64,000 nucleotides of DNA from Chamaesiphon minutus PCC 6605 (GCF_000317145.1 NC_019697.1:4102886-4166885), one strand, 5' to 3'; positions 11,041 to 21,512 are shown, counted from the stretch's first letter. Program-made: numbers and translations. Notes: generated by a model from the sequence alone, not told the origin.

Positions 11041-11829
11041 CTAACGCGCCTGAATAAATGGCTTGGAGATAGAATTCCAACCGACCACAATTAGCGCGAT
11101 CGCGAGAATTAAACCAGTTAGTACGATTAAAGGATCGCTAATTTGCCGAATGCCAATCCCAACTAGCGTCCAAACCGTTACCAATAAATAAGCAGTATCT
11201 TGACGTTGAGTAAAGGCAACGAACGCGATCGCAGCACTAATTAACATCATAATTACCGTCCAGATTGATGGACTTAATAACCAATTGTTGCCATTAATGC
11301 TATAGAGTGTGCTGGCAATATTGACAATCGTCGCCGCCGAAATCCAACTCAAATAAATACTAATCGGAATTCGCAAAAACCATTGCTCCAGTTTGGCAAC
11401 TCGCTCGCGACCGATTCCCAACCGATCGTACATGCCAATTAGCGATAGCAAAATTCCCAGCATTGCTAAAATCGATAAAGGGAATTGACGTGCCAAAAAT
11501 AAATAAATCCACACGCATTGACACGCACACGCGATCGCCAATAAATATCCGCAACGTTGCAAGCGCGGATTGTACCGCTCCGTCGATTGAAATTGATAAA
11601 TTCCAAATGCAACCAGTCCCAAATAAATCATCCCCCAGATACTAAAAGCATAGTTAGCAGGTGTCACTCGCACATCAGCAAATATGGTATTAGCAAGCTC
11701 ACCAATATTTGCCCCACCAGGTGGAAAGATATTCGAGAGCGTATTGACAAAAATACTACCCAAAATTGCCACAGCAGTAATTAATTGTCTCCATAAATCC
11801 GCATCTGAATTTCGGTTAGAAAGTTTCAT
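11041..11829 (-). CDS. Polytopic integral membrane protein, Trp-rich (possibly TspO/MBR-like)
   Basis: 262 aa with about 7 hydrophobic helices (SIWGMIYLGLVAFGIY, SWISAATIVNIASTL). The family assignment is tentative. Confidence 0.5.
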   Translation of the reverse strand: MKLSNRNSDADLWRQLITAVAILGSIFVNTLSNIFPPGGANIGELANTIFADVRVTPANYAFSIWGMIYLGLVAFGIYQFQSTERYNPRLQRCGYLLAIACACQCVWIYLFLARQFPLSILAMLGILLSLIGMYDRLGIGRERVAKLEQWFLRIPISIYLSWISAATIVNIASTLYSINGNNWLLSPSIWTVIMMLISAAIAFVAFTQRQDTAYLLVTVWTLVGIGIRQISDPLIVLTGLILAIALIVVGWNSISKPFIQAR

Positions 11830-11917
11830 AAATTATTTATATAACTCGTTTGTGAATATTTATATTAGCTCTCTAGCAATATACAGGTCGAAAACATTCC
11901 TCTACAATCGTCCACTC

Positions 11918-12100
11918 ATAGCGACTAGTAGTCTACGGCGTAAATAAGGTTACTATTTTGCGGGGAGCGATGCGCGCACGCCTTTGTTTCCCGACGGGTT
12001 AGCGCATCAGCGACGCATCGACCTGGAGGTTCCCTCCAGGTTGTGTGCGTCAAGACAAGACAGCGGGGAAAGAAATGGTTGGTTAATTTCTGCCGCATAG
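11918..12100. repeat. MITE-like composite repeat, copy A (conserved ends, variable core)
   Basis: The 5' end tagtagtctacggcgtaaataaggttactattttgcgggg and the 3' end ggggaaagaaatggttggttaatttctgccgcatagtacta recur at 34490-34778. The core carries gacgcatcgacctggaggttccctccagg and gtgtgcgtcaagacaagacag boxes. Confidence 0.5.
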
Positions 12101-12586
12101 TACTAGCTTAATTAAGAGCCGCTCTACATATTGTTTTTTCAATCGATCGTCCGAGCATTGTGATTAATCGATCTCGTGTTTTTCTAACTTAGATACTTAC
12201 ACGATCTGCTCGTAATAGTATCTGTCTTTGGATTGAAGATTGAGAATCAATACCAACCAGCTTTCGCTGTGGAAATCGCTCGATCGGGCTGAGTCAGACC
12301 GATGTTGTCGATTGGCTTTAGACGGCGACGCTCCAGAACATTGGCATAGCAGCTAATTTGCCGATCGAGCTTGTCGCAGTCTCAGTACCAAAGAGCATCA
12401 CGCAGGCTGAAACCACGATCGATAGCGAACCTTCCTACTTGAGATACATGACTATATCTACAGTCGCCAAGTGATAAGATCTTTCGATCGAGAGACTTTA
12501 GGTATTGTAAAAAATTGTTAAAGTTTTATAATCAAAATGTAATAGCTTTTATCCTTTCCGACCCACTCTTACGGCAGTAAATTCTT

Positions 12587-13981
12587 ATGGTTTCTGGTGT
12601 TCCCCTCCGGCAAATTTTACAAGCCAAATCATCACAAATATCCGAACGAATGTATGAGTTGAATTTAGTGCGGGTCATAAAGGGGACAGCGGTAACATTG
12701 GTGGCGATGGCTTTAACTAGCTGTAATTCTGCCCCCAAAGATGGTGCTGAGGCCCAGACTAGACCTCGTGGAGCCGAACGCAACCAGGCAATAGCGGTAG
12801 ATGTGGCGATCGCCGCCACAGCCCCATTAGAAACGGTTCGCGAATACACGGGGACGACTCAACCCGTGCGAGAAGTAGCAATTCGCGCTCAAGCAGAAGG
12901 ACAATTACAACAATTGAATGTCGATGTCGGCGATCGCGTCAAGCAGGGTCAGGTATTAGCCCAAATCGACGACGCAATTTTGAGCGCGCAGACAGCCGAA
13001 GCCCAAGCCGAATTAGCCTCTAGGCGCACCGAAATCGTCCAATTAGAAGCTCAAGTCAGCGATGCCAAAACCCAAGTCGCCCAAAATCGCTACCAACTCC
13101 AGCAAGCCCAATCCGACGCGGCGCGTTATGCTTCCCTAGCTAAGTCGGGCGCGGTTTCTAAACAACAAGCCGAACAATTTCGCACCCAAGCCAACACCGC
13201 CGCCCAAGTACTGCAATCGGCACAAGCCAAAGTCCGCGCCCAACAACAAGCGATTATCGTTGCCAGAAGTAGGATTGCCGCCCAGCAAGCAGTAGTTGCC
13301 CAGCAACAACGGCGGCGCGGGTATGCAGTAGTCGCCGCCCCAATTTCAGGTGCCGTCCTCACTCGCTCTACCGAACGCGGTAACCTCGTCCAAGTCGGCA
13401 ACGAACTCCTGCGCTTGGGAGACTTCAGCCAAGCCAAAGTCAACGTCCAAGTCTCCGAACTCGACCTAGCCAAAGTCCGACTCAACGGCACCGCCAACAT
13501 CAAACTCGACGCCTTTCCCAAAGAACAATTTAGAGGCACAGTCACCCGCATCTCCCCCGCCGCAAATCCCACATCCCGACTCATACCCGTCGAAATTACC
13601 ATCCCCAATCCCACAGGCAAAGTCGGTAGCGGCTTACTCGCCCGTGCCACCTTCACCCAAACTACACTCGATCGCGTCGTCATCCCCCTCTCAGCCCTCC
13701 AAGACGATCGCGCCAATACCAAATCCCCACAACCCAATCCCAACTCCAGCCAACGCGCCCCCACCCCATCCACACCCCGCACCAATGGCACCTTATTCGT
13801 CATTACCCGCCAAGGCGAACAGACCAAAGTCACCCCCCGCACCGTCACCCTCGGCCAACAAATCGACGGCAAAGTCCAAATCCTCTCTGGTCTAAACCCC
13901 GGCGAACGCTTCGTCTCCCGCGCCAGCAGACCACTTAAAGACGGCCAACCAGTACGGCTGAGTATTTTGTCAGCGAAGTAG
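12587..13981 (+). CDS. RND efflux periplasmic adaptor (membrane fusion protein, HlyD family)
   Basis: N-terminal membrane anchor, a long Ala/Gln-rich coiled coil, beta-barrel motifs (APISGAV, GDFSQAKVNVQVSE), and a Pro/Thr-rich insert near the C-terminus. Confidence 0.85.
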   Translation: MVSGVPLRQILQAKSSQISERMYELNLVRVIKGTAVTLVAMALTSCNSAPKDGAEAQTRPRGAERNQAIAVDVAIAATAPLETVREYTGTTQPVREVAIRAQAEGQLQQLNVDVGDRVKQGQVLAQIDDAILSAQTAEAQAELASRRTEIVQLEAQVSDAKTQVAQNRYQLQQAQSDAARYASLAKSGAVSKQQAEQFRTQANTAAQVLQSAQAKVRAQQQAIIVARSRIAAQQAVVAQQQRRRGYAVVAAPISGAVLTRSTERGNLVQVGNELLRLGDFSQAKVNVQVSELDLAKVRLNGTANIKLDAFPKEQFRGTVTRISPAANPTSRLIPVEITIPNPTGKVGSGLLARATFTQTTLDRVVIPLSALQDDRANTKSPQPNPNSSQRAPTPSTPRTNGTLFVITRQGEQTKVTPRTVTLGQQIDGKVQILSGLNPGERFVSRASRPLKDGQPVRLSILSAK

Positions 13982-14249
13982 CGGAGCGGGGGAGAGGGGT
14001 AGTGGGGGCGCAGGGGAGCAGGGGAGAAGACAGGGTAAGTTAGTTGTCGAGGAAAACATCTTAAATCTTGGTGCTTAGTCATCAACCGCCCTGAAATGAA
14101 TTTTTTCGTTCCGTTCGCGTTGGCGTTGGCGTAACCTGACGTAGGCACAGCGTTTGCCTTAGCAAAAAGGCTACGCCAACGGACTAATACCAATTCTCTA
14201 AATTACTGCTACAGATCTTTACCCCTCCCAACCTCCCCTTATAAAAGGG

Positions 14250-14413
14250 CTACGGTGTATACACAAGTCTGGATAAAAGCGAAAACCCTAGAAATCCCCC
14301 TAAATCCCCCTTAAAAAGGGGGACTTCCGGATCTAGTTCCCCCCTTAAAAAGGGGGGTTAGGGGGGATTCAGATCTCGAAACGAAGTCCAACAAACTTGT
14401 GTATACACCGTAG
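14250..14413. mobile_element. MITE with perfect 19-bp terminal inverted repeats
   Basis: ctacggtgtatacacaagt at 14250-14268 matches acttgtgtatacaccgtag at 14395-14413. Internal palindromes cccccttaaaaaggggg. Partial relatives lie at 21361-21470 and 40726-40790. Confidence 0.6.
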
Positions 14414-14767
14414 TATAAAACGGAGGAGCAAATTCTAGAGCTTTATCTGTAGTCCAATTTTTTAGATTTGGTATAACAGCGAAAGTTCGCTTCAGCGAAC
14501 TAAAGTGTTTTCCCTGCAATAAGCTAAGCGTAGGGGAGGGCTTCGTGCCCAACTCACCAAACTTATCACCAGTCAAACCCTACCCCGTAGCAACTAAGTC
14601 CGAACCGACCCCATACCCCACTTAGCACCAACAACCTACATACGCAGGGGAGTTTGAGGGGCGGCGACCGAAATCGCGCTGAGGTCTCCTCAGCGTGCGT
14701 TTCGGTCAAGACGCGTCCCGCCCCTCAACGGGGGGTCTGGGGGTCGGCACCCCCAGATCCGGGTTCT

Positions 14768-14915
14768 ACAGCACCAAAAGCGATCGAAACAAAGCCCCAT
14801 CTTCCACAGCACCAAAAGCGATCGAAACAAAGTTCCATCTTCCACCGTACTAAAAGCGATCGAAAGAAAGCCCCATCTTCCACAGTACCAAAAGCGAAAC
14901 AAAGCTCCATACCCC
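14768..14915. repeat. Tandem repeat of about 38 bp, 3.9 copies, upstream of the RND pump gene
   Basis: acagcaccaaaagcgatcgaaacaaagccccatcttcc repeated head-to-tail with point variants. Each unit carries a HIP1-like gcgatcg core. Confidence 0.7.
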
Positions 14916-14973
14916 AGCTAACAAACCAAACATTCAGACCCTCCCCGCAGGGGAGCAAGCATAAATCACCACC

Positions 14974-17900
14974 ATGCAAAACCCCCCCGCCCCCACCTTC
15001 AGCCTCAGCACCCTCTCCATCCGCCAATATATCGGCACCCTCATGTTGACCCTTACCGTCATCATCGTCGGTATCTACTTCACCACCCAACTCCCCGTCG
15101 ATCTCCTCCCGTCCATCACCTACCCCCGCATCGGCGTCCGCCTCCAATCCCCAGGCATCTCCCCCGAAGTCGCCATCGACGAAATCACCCGCCCCCTCGA
15201 AGAAGCCCTCGCCACCACCGACGGCGTAGTCCAAATCTACTCCCAAACCCGCGAAGGCCAAGTCAACCTCGACCTCTACTTCAACCCCGGTAGCAACATC
15301 GACCAAGCCCTCAACGACACCACCGCCGCCTTCAACCGCAATCGCAACCAACTACCAGACTCGATCGAAGAACCCCGCCTGTTTAAAATCGACCCATCCC
15401 AACTCCCCGTCTACGAACTAGCTCTGACCGCACCTTCATTAAAGGATGTAGACCTACGCATCTTCGCTGACGAAGAACTCTCCCGCGAACTGAGTATCGT
15501 CGATGGTGTCGCTTCCGCCGATGTCTCTGGCGGCGTCCAAGAAGAAGTCCGTGTCGATATCGATCTCAATCGCCTCCAATCTTTGGGAATCAGCCTTCCC
15601 ACAGTTCTCGAACAACTCACCCAACGCAACCAAGACGTCTCTGGCGGACGCATTCGCGGCGATAGCTCCGAACCTCTCACCCGTGCCGTCGGACGCTTTC
15701 AGAATGCCAGCGAGATTCGCGATCTCGCTTTTGCTACAGGCGGACAATCGGCTGCCAGTAACACTACCCCTTCTGCGACTACCACCGCCACAACCACCCA
15801 AACTACTCCGACACAGCAAGTCTATCTGCGAGATTTTGCCACAGTCACCGATGGCACCGAAGAAGAGCGAGTACTCGTCAATCTCAACCGCCAAAAAGCA
15901 GTCAAAATCAGCGTTCAGAAACAGTCTGATGCCAATACAGTATCGGTCGTCGATGCTGTCAAAGCCAAGATCGCGCAATTGCGAACATCGGGTGTCATTC
16001 CCGCCGACATGGTAATCACACCGACATTGGACGAATCGGTCTTCATTCGCAACTCGCTGGCAGATGTAATTATCTCTGGTTTATCTGGCGCGCTCCTAGC
16101 AGCAATTTCGGTATTTATCTTTTTAGGCTCGCTGCGGCAGACATTTATCATCGCCCTCACCATTCCCCTGTGTACTTTAGCAGCCGCGATCGTCATGAAG
16201 TTGAGCGGGTTCTCGCTAAATATTTTTAGTTTGGGGGGATTGGCAATTAGTGTCGGACAAGCGATCGATACTTCAGTCGTAATTCTCGAAAATGTCAGCA
16301 AACGGATCGAAACCCTCAAACTCGATCGCGAAAAAAATGGGTCTAATAGCGATTATGCCCGTGAAGCGATCGCTGCTGTCGAAGATAGCAGTCAAGAAGT
16401 CGAATCCTCCCTCGTCGCCTCCACTGCTGCCAACCTCGTCTCCGTACTCCCCTTCGTACTCGTCGGTGGTTTTATTTCCTTACTATTTAACGAGCTGATT
16501 CTGACGATTTGCTTCGCAGTAGCTGCTTCTCTAATTGTCGCCCTAACGGTCGTCCCAATGTTGTCGGCGCGGCTATTCTCGATCGAACGTACCAGCGGCT
16601 TAAATCGGCTGTGGTTCTTGCGGGCATTCGATCGACGGCTCGAAGGTGGTACGCGCATTTATGGTAATGTCCTCGCCAAAGCGATCCGCCGTCCGGCGAT
16701 CCTCGTCGTAACCGCATTCGTCCTGCTCGGTGGTAGCGGTTTTCTCATGGCAGGGCAAATTCCCCAAGAAATCCTCCCCCGCATTAGTACCGGACAAGCC
16801 AACGTCAACGTCCAATTTCCCTCCGGGACCTCACTCGCTACCAACCGTCGCGTCATGGCAGCAGTTGACGACGTACTACTCAAACAACCAGAGACACAAT
16901 ATGTGTTCACTACCGCTGGCGGTTCGCTCTTTGGCAATACCGTCTCCTCCAACCCCTCCCGCAGTACTGGTAGCGTCACTCTCAAACCCGGTAGCGACAT
17001 TCAAGACTTCACCGAACGTACCACCCGCGAACTCAATCGGCTCAACCTCGCTGGAATTCGCGTCCGGGTGTCCGCAGGTTCTGTGCGTGGCTTGATCTTA
17101 AATAACTCACCCGTGCGGGGAGCCGAAGTAGATGTCGTGCTTCAGGGGCAAAATGCCGAAGTCCTGACGCGTGCAGGACGGCAAGTATTGGCCGCTCTGG
17201 ACGATCGGGTGAAATTATCTGCTTTTCGTCCCGATGCCGACGATCGCCAGCCAGAAGTCCAAATTCGCCCCAATTGGGAGCGTGCTAACGCCCTGGGTCT
17301 GACCACTCAATCGATCGGTAGCACCATCCAAACCGCGATCGAAGGTTCCGTCCCCACCCAGTTACAACGCAACGAGCGACTAGTCGATGTCCGGGTGCAG
17401 TTGAACCAATCCCTGCTCAAACAACCCTCTCAGCTTGCACAAATCCCCCTATTTGTCAATAACAATTCCCTAGTCCGGTTGAGCGATGTCGCCACAATTT
17501 CTGAAGGACAGGCTCCCGGCGAAATTCAACGCATCAACCAACGCCCTGTCTTTATCATCGCGGGCAACCTGAATAAGGGCGCGAGTCTGGGCGCAGCTAT
17601 AGCCGAAGTCCAACAGATCGTTTCCACCCTCGATTTACCCGACGGCGTGACGTTGCTCCCTAGCTACGCCGGACAAACCAACCAAGAACTCCAAAGCGCG
17701 CTGGTATCGCTAGGCGGTTTAGCAGCCTTCTTAGTCTTCGTGGTCATGGCAGTTCAATACAACTCGATTATCGACCCGCTGGTGATTATTTTGACCGTCC
17801 CCTTGGCCTTAGTCGGGGGATTATTGGGCTTGTATATCACCCAAACTGCGATCGGGATTACCGTTGTCGTCGGTGCGGTGCTACTGGTGGGAATCGTCGT

Positions 17901-18252
17901 CAACAACGCTATCATCATGGTCGAAACTGCCAACCAAATCCGCGAAGAAGAAGGACTCGATCGACATAATGCCATCCTCAAAGCAGCCCCCCAACGCCTC
18001 CGCCCGATTCTGATGACCACTGTCACCACCGTCTTAGGACTATTCCCCCTCGCCCTCGGTATCGGCGAAGGCTCGGAATTTTTGCAACCATTAGGGATTG
18101 TTGTCTTCTCCGGCTTAACCCTCGCCACCCTACTGACGCTATTTATCATCCCCTGCTTTTACGTCCTGCTCCATGACATTTTTAAATGGGGCATGGGCAT
18201 CGGATCGCGCGATCGAAAGCATCCGTTACTCACTTCGGATCGTCATTCATAA
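14974..18252 (+). CDS. RND multidrug/heavy-metal efflux permease (AcrB/HAE1 family)
   Basis: 1092 aa with 12-TM RND architecture and conserved segments (GLSGALLAAISVFIFLGS, AVQYNSIIDPLVIILTVPLALVGG). Has a Thr-rich low-complexity insert in a periplasmic loop. Confidence 0.9.
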   Translation: MQNPPAPTFSLSTLSIRQYIGTLMLTLTVIIVGIYFTTQLPVDLLPSITYPRIGVRLQSPGISPEVAIDEITRPLEEALATTDGVVQIYSQTREGQVNLDLYFNPGSNIDQALNDTTAAFNRNRNQLPDSIEEPRLFKIDPSQLPVYELALTAPSLKDVDLRIFADEELSRELSIVDGVASADVSGGVQEEVRVDIDLNRLQSLGISLPTVLEQLTQRNQDVSGGRIRGDSSEPLTRAVGRFQNASEIRDLAFATGGQSAASNTTPSATTTATTTQTTPTQQVYLRDFATVTDGTEEERVLVNLNRQKAVKISVQKQSDANTVSVVDAVKAKIAQLRTSGVIPADMVITPTLDESVFIRNSLADVIISGLSGALLAAISVFIFLGSLRQTFIIALTIPLCTLAAAIVMKLSGFSLNIFSLGGLAISVGQAIDTSVVILENVSKRIETLKLDREKNGSNSDYAREAIAAVEDSSQEVESSLVASTAANLVSVLPFVLVGGFISLLFNELILTICFAVAASLIVALTVVPMLSARLFSIERTSGLNRLWFLRAFDRRLEGGTRIYGNVLAKAIRRPAILVVTAFVLLGGSGFLMAGQIPQEILPRISTGQANVNVQFPSGTSLATNRRVMAAVDDVLLKQPETQYVFTTAGGSLFGNTVSSNPSRSTGSVTLKPGSDIQDFTERTTRELNRLNLAGIRVRVSAGSVRGLILNNSPVRGAEVDVVLQGQNAEVLTRAGRQVLAALDDRVKLSAFRPDADDRQPEVQIRPNWERANALGLTTQSIGSTIQTAIEGSVPTQLQRNERLVDVRVQLNQSLLKQPSQLAQIPLFVNNNSLVRLSDVATISEGQAPGEIQRINQRPVFIIAGNLNKGASLGAAIAEVQQIVSTLDLPDGVTLLPSYAGQTNQELQSALVSLGGLAAFLVFVVMAVQYNSIIDPLVIILTVPLALVGGLLGLYITQTAIGITVVVGAVLLVGIVVNNAIIMVETANQIREEEGLDRHNAILKAAPQRLRPILMTTVTTVLGLFPLALGIGEGSEFLQPLGIVVFSGLTLATLLTLFIIPCFYVLLHDIFKWGMGIGSRDRKHPLLTSDRHS

Positions 18253-18459
18253 ATCCGATCGGGATTTACAGGATGAAAGGATTTGCAGGATTAGTCTTTC
18301 GGCACAACCCCCGCTCCCAACTCCCCGCTCCCCACTCCCCACTCAAATACACCAACCGACAGAATCTATGTCAAGATTGTGTAAGCAAATCTGGACGAGC
18401 GGGTCGATAATAAACACCCAATCTTCAGGCGCAAACTACCTATTTCTACATTTAGACCA

Positions 18460-19062
18460 ATGCCCGAGCGATCTCAATTATGGTTTGAACCGTTAATCTG
18501 GATGGATTTTCGATTAGCGGTAATCTTTACAGTCCTAATGCCATTGATTCTTTTAATCTGGGCATTCGCGCAAAAAACGGCTGTACTCCAGACTTTATTA
18601 ATTATTTATTGGCGGGTATCGAGTTTACTCGCAATAACGGTCTACCTGGGGATCGGTTCGCTGCCGATTACATTCTTGGCATCCTTTGTCGGTCAAACTT
18701 TAATTCCGCTCTCCCTCTGGTTTTGGGCAGATCTTAACGAAGAAATTGCCGATTTACCCGATCGTCCGCTTAAGTTGGGCTTCTTAGCTTGGCGATGGGC
18801 GACAACTGCTTATTCTACCCTCAGCGCGATCGCTTTGATCCCCTTTCTCTCCTGCGCCTTCGGCGACGCCAAATCCGATTATTGTCAAGCTTGGTTCCAA
18901 CCTTCTTGGCTGTATTATCAATTTTTTCACCCCAATTCTAAGCCAGAATTTCTCAGCTTCCTCGGCATCTTAGCTTTAGTTTTTTACGCGCTATGTCTGG
19001 GCTACTTCCTCATCGTCCGCCTCGGCAAACAAGGCCGCTCGGCAATGGCGGGAGATGAGTAG
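18460..19062 (+). CDS. Hypothetical integral membrane protein
   Basis: 200 aa with about 5 TM segments and no recognised motif. Confidence 0.45.
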   Translation: MPERSQLWFEPLIWMDFRLAVIFTVLMPLILLIWAFAQKTAVLQTLLIIYWRVSSLLAITVYLGIGSLPITFLASFVGQTLIPLSLWFWADLNEEIADLPDRPLKLGFLAWRWATTAYSTLSAIALIPFLSCAFGDAKSDYCQAWFQPSWLYYQFFHPNSKPEFLSFLGILALVFYALCLGYFLIVRLGKQGRSAMAGDE

Positions 19063-19112
19063 TTTAGGCTTTAGGTTTTAGGTTTTAGGTTTTAGGCTTT
19101 AGGCTTTAGAGG
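19063..19112. repeat. STRR heptanucleotide array (TTTAGGC/TTTAGGT), 7 copies
   Basis: tttaggctttaggttttaggttttaggttttaggctttaggctttaga. It is followed at 19128-19232 by a partial copy of the gacgcatcga...gtgtgcgtcaagacaagacag module. Confidence 0.7.
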
Positions 19113-19284
19113 ATTTTGGATTTTGCGGCTCGCGCTCTGGAGGTTCCCTCCAGATTGAGCGAGACAGCGACGCATCGAACGGGAGGTTCCCTCCCGTTTG
19201 TGTGCGTCAAGACAAGACAGGATTTTGGATTGCAACTGCTTTCCCACTCTCCCACGCTCCCCGCTCCCCGCTCCCCATCCCAAA

Positions 19285-20226
19285 TCACAACTCCCACAAG
19301 ACACTAACACCCAGATAATTCTCCAGCAACAGTTGCAAATAACGACGGGCGATCGCGGTTAGCTCGCATCTGGCAATAGCTAAATGTGGGCTTTGACGTT
19401 TAATCTCGCCAAAAATCTGACAGTAGCGATAAAATTCTAGCCAGCTTTGAGCTAGATCGATCGTCAATTTCGGCCAATTGGGAGGACGGGGGTTTACTCC
19501 CAACGAATTATTACTGTAGATTGCATCTAAAACCGCCATTAAGGTCTGAATTAGCCGCCTTTCGGCTGCAAGATCGTAAATGCTCGTTAACTGTGCTAGA
19601 AGCGGATTTGCGGAGCAATCTCTCTTTGCTACTGGAGAGCTAGCACTTGCTCTATCTGCCGTACTAATTTGCCAATCTGGGGTCAGTGCGATGATTTTCT
19701 CTCGCTCGGCTAATTTGAGTAAAGAACAACAGCGGGCATGGGTGTAAATCGCTACAGTCGGTATGGGAACTGCTCGATCGACCTGTAACTCAAGCTTGAG
19801 TGGTATATAATGAATATACTTTAGCCACCGATCGATTGCTGAATCGGCCACTTGAAAGTAAATATAGCCAGAATCGTTGTACCAGCAGGCTAATTCTAAG
19901 CCACAATGCTCGATAGACGTCTCATTCGGGACTGGCGATCGGAGATTTTCACAGATTTTTAAGGGATTTAATGATAATTTTGCGCCTAATCGGTGTGCGA
20001 TCGTGCTGACATACTGGTATTGTGTTGTTGTAACAAGCTGAATCGATCGCTCGGACTGCAACTCCCAAGACCAATCTGGCGGTAATTCAGTAGCTGCGTT
20101 GTCACAATCATGTAATAAACGTAAGTGAACTTGCTGAGCCATCAACTGTAAATAGTTGGCAATCGTGCCTGCAATTGTCGGTGCTAGTGGTAGTAGAATC
20201 GGGTCTGACACGCGAATAATCTTCAT
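19285..20226 (-). CDS. Hypothetical protein (possible DALR-like helical C-terminus)
   Basis: 313 aa with no catalytic motifs. The C-terminal ...LAIARCELTAIARRYLQLLLENYLG resembles anticodon-binding helical bundles. Tentative. Confidence 0.45.
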   Translation of the reverse strand: MKIIRVSDPILLPLAPTIAGTIANYLQLMAQQVHLRLLHDCDNAATELPPDWSWELQSERSIQLVTTTQYQYVSTIAHRLGAKLSLNPLKICENLRSPVPNETSIEHCGLELACWYNDSGYIYFQVADSAIDRWLKYIHYIPLKLELQVDRAVPIPTVAIYTHARCCSLLKLAEREKIIALTPDWQISTADRASASSPVAKRDCSANPLLAQLTSIYDLAAERRLIQTLMAVLDAIYSNNSLGVNPRPPNWPKLTIDLAQSWLEFYRYCQIFGEIKRQSPHLAIARCELTAIARRYLQLLLENYLGVSVLWEL

Positions 20227-20320
20227 AGCCCAGCCCCGACTTCCAAATTACGTAGTACATTCCAGAATAAAATAAAGTGATTAACTACATCAAAATACAT
20301 GTAGAATCATTGAGAATCAT

Positions 20321-21046
20321 GTGCCGTTCCGCTGGTTTGTTATGCATTCATCTACCCCGCCAAAAAATAATACTCGATCGTTTTCAACCTGGCATCGACT
20401 GCTAGATTGGGCGCAAGAGCATTATCGCTATCGAACATTTGCCAAAGATGCCCAGATTCCCACTCGCTCTGGTTTATTATACTTAGTCCAAAGGGGCACG
20501 ATCCGCCTCAATGGTTCGGCAGAAACCGAGCCGCCAGCCTATCCACACCAAAATATTACCCCAGCAGAGTTTCAGCTCCAAGGCGGCGATGAAACTTTTT
20601 TGGGTTTTGTCGGCGCGGGACAACCATTTGAAATTGTCGATCGATCGCCATTTACACTCCAGGCTTTTGCCCATACAGACAACACTTCAATTTTCTGGAT
20701 GTACTGGCACGATCTCGAAAACTTCCCTAGTTTCCGTCGCGAGATTTTAGATTCTTTCCGTTACCAACACCAACGGAAATTATTATGGCTCAACACCCTC
20801 GGACAACGCCACACGATCGAGCGATTGCTCGGCTATTTAACCTTACTCATCGAAGAATTTGGCGAACCTTGTAAGGAAGGTTATTTTTTACCGTTCCCGC
20901 TCACTCATGCCCAAATTGCCAGTGCCATCGGGACTACCCGCGTCACTGTCACCAGGCTGATGAAAGAATTACGCGAAGAACGCAAAGCCATATTAATCAA
21001 AGAAGATAATCTCATCTGTTTGCTTTCTCCATCGCAACCAGAATAA
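20321..21046 (+). CDS. Crp/Fnr-family transcriptional regulator (cNMP-binding-like domain plus C-terminal HTH)
   Basis: C-terminal HTH HAQIASAIGTTRVTVTRLMKELREE. An N-terminal beta-roll-like region. Confidence 0.75.
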   Translation: MPFRWFVMHSSTPPKNNTRSFSTWHRLLDWAQEHYRYRTFAKDAQIPTRSGLLYLVQRGTIRLNGSAETEPPAYPHQNITPAEFQLQGGDETFLGFVGAGQPFEIVDRSPFTLQAFAHTDNTSIFWMYWHDLENFPSFRREILDSFRYQHQRKLLWLNTLGQRHTIERLLGYLTLLIEEFGEPCKEGYFLPFPLTHAQIASAIGTTRVTVTRLMKELREERKAILIKEDNLICLLSPSQPE

Positions 21047-21137
21047 CAGCTAACTTTGCAAAACGCGATCGGCGATCGGCGATCGGTTTAAGTTAAACTA
21101 GGGAACGATAATCCATTAGTGTAACTGCGATCGCCCC

Positions 21138-21320
21138 ATGATTTTGCCAGGTTCGACCATTCGTGTCAAAAACAATAATGATATCTACTACAACTTTCAA
21201 GGCTTAGTCCAACGCATCACCGACGGGAAAGCGGCGGTGCTATTTGAAGGTGGTAACTGGGATAAAATGGTTTCTTTTCGCCTCAGCGAAATCGAACTAG
21301 TAACTCCAGCGCAAAAATAA
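21138..21320 (+). CDS. ndhS: Small SH3/KOW-fold protein, NdhS-like (NDH-1 subunit S)
   Basis: 60 aa. [12 protein letters not shown]...[37 protein letters not shown] matches my memory of the cyanobacterial Ssl0352-type family. Confidence 0.45.
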   Translation: MILPGSTIRVKNNNDIYYNFQGLVQRITDGKAAVLFEGGNWDKMVSFRLSEIELVTPAQK

Positions 21321-21360
21321 TTCTTTAAAGAAACCAGCAGCATTCAAGATTTCTCTGTTC

Positions 21361-21470
21361 TTTCGCATATACACAAGTCTGCCAGACTTCGTTTTAGGTT
21401 GGGTTACCCCCCAACCCCCCCTTTATAATGGGGCTGGGGTGGGGTAACACAGACTATGCAGCAACTTAAA
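21361..21470. repeat. MITE-like palindromic element related to the 14250-14413 family
   Basis: atacacaagtctgccagacttcg and ggttacccc...ggggtaac inverted segments. Confidence 0.4.
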
Positions 21471-21512
21471 CAACTCGTGTAGATACCGCTCCCCCACTCC
21501 CCGTTCACAATT

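Noticed and set aside
13126-14193. 355-aa minus-strand ORF overlapping the mfp gene.
   Set aside because: It is antisense to a well-supported coiled-coil adaptor gene. Its translation is low-complexity and Arg/Ala/Trp-rich, as expected from the reverse frame of GC-rich Ala/Gln codons.
14725-15351. 208-aa Gly-rich minus-strand ORF across the RND start.
   Set aside because: It is an antisense artefact of the Pro/Thr-rich start of the pump gene and of the tandem-repeat region.
15454-17000. Multiple 100-170-aa ORFs on both strands inside the RND pump gene.
   Set aside because: They are nested in the 1092-aa RND ORF, have no independent signals, and arise from the high GC third-position bias.
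19063-19112. Possible CRISPR array, given the many short direct repeats.
   Set aside because: The repeats are 7-nt units repeated contiguously with no spacers (STRR heptamers). No 25-40-bp repeat/spacer periodicity and no cas genes are present in the window.
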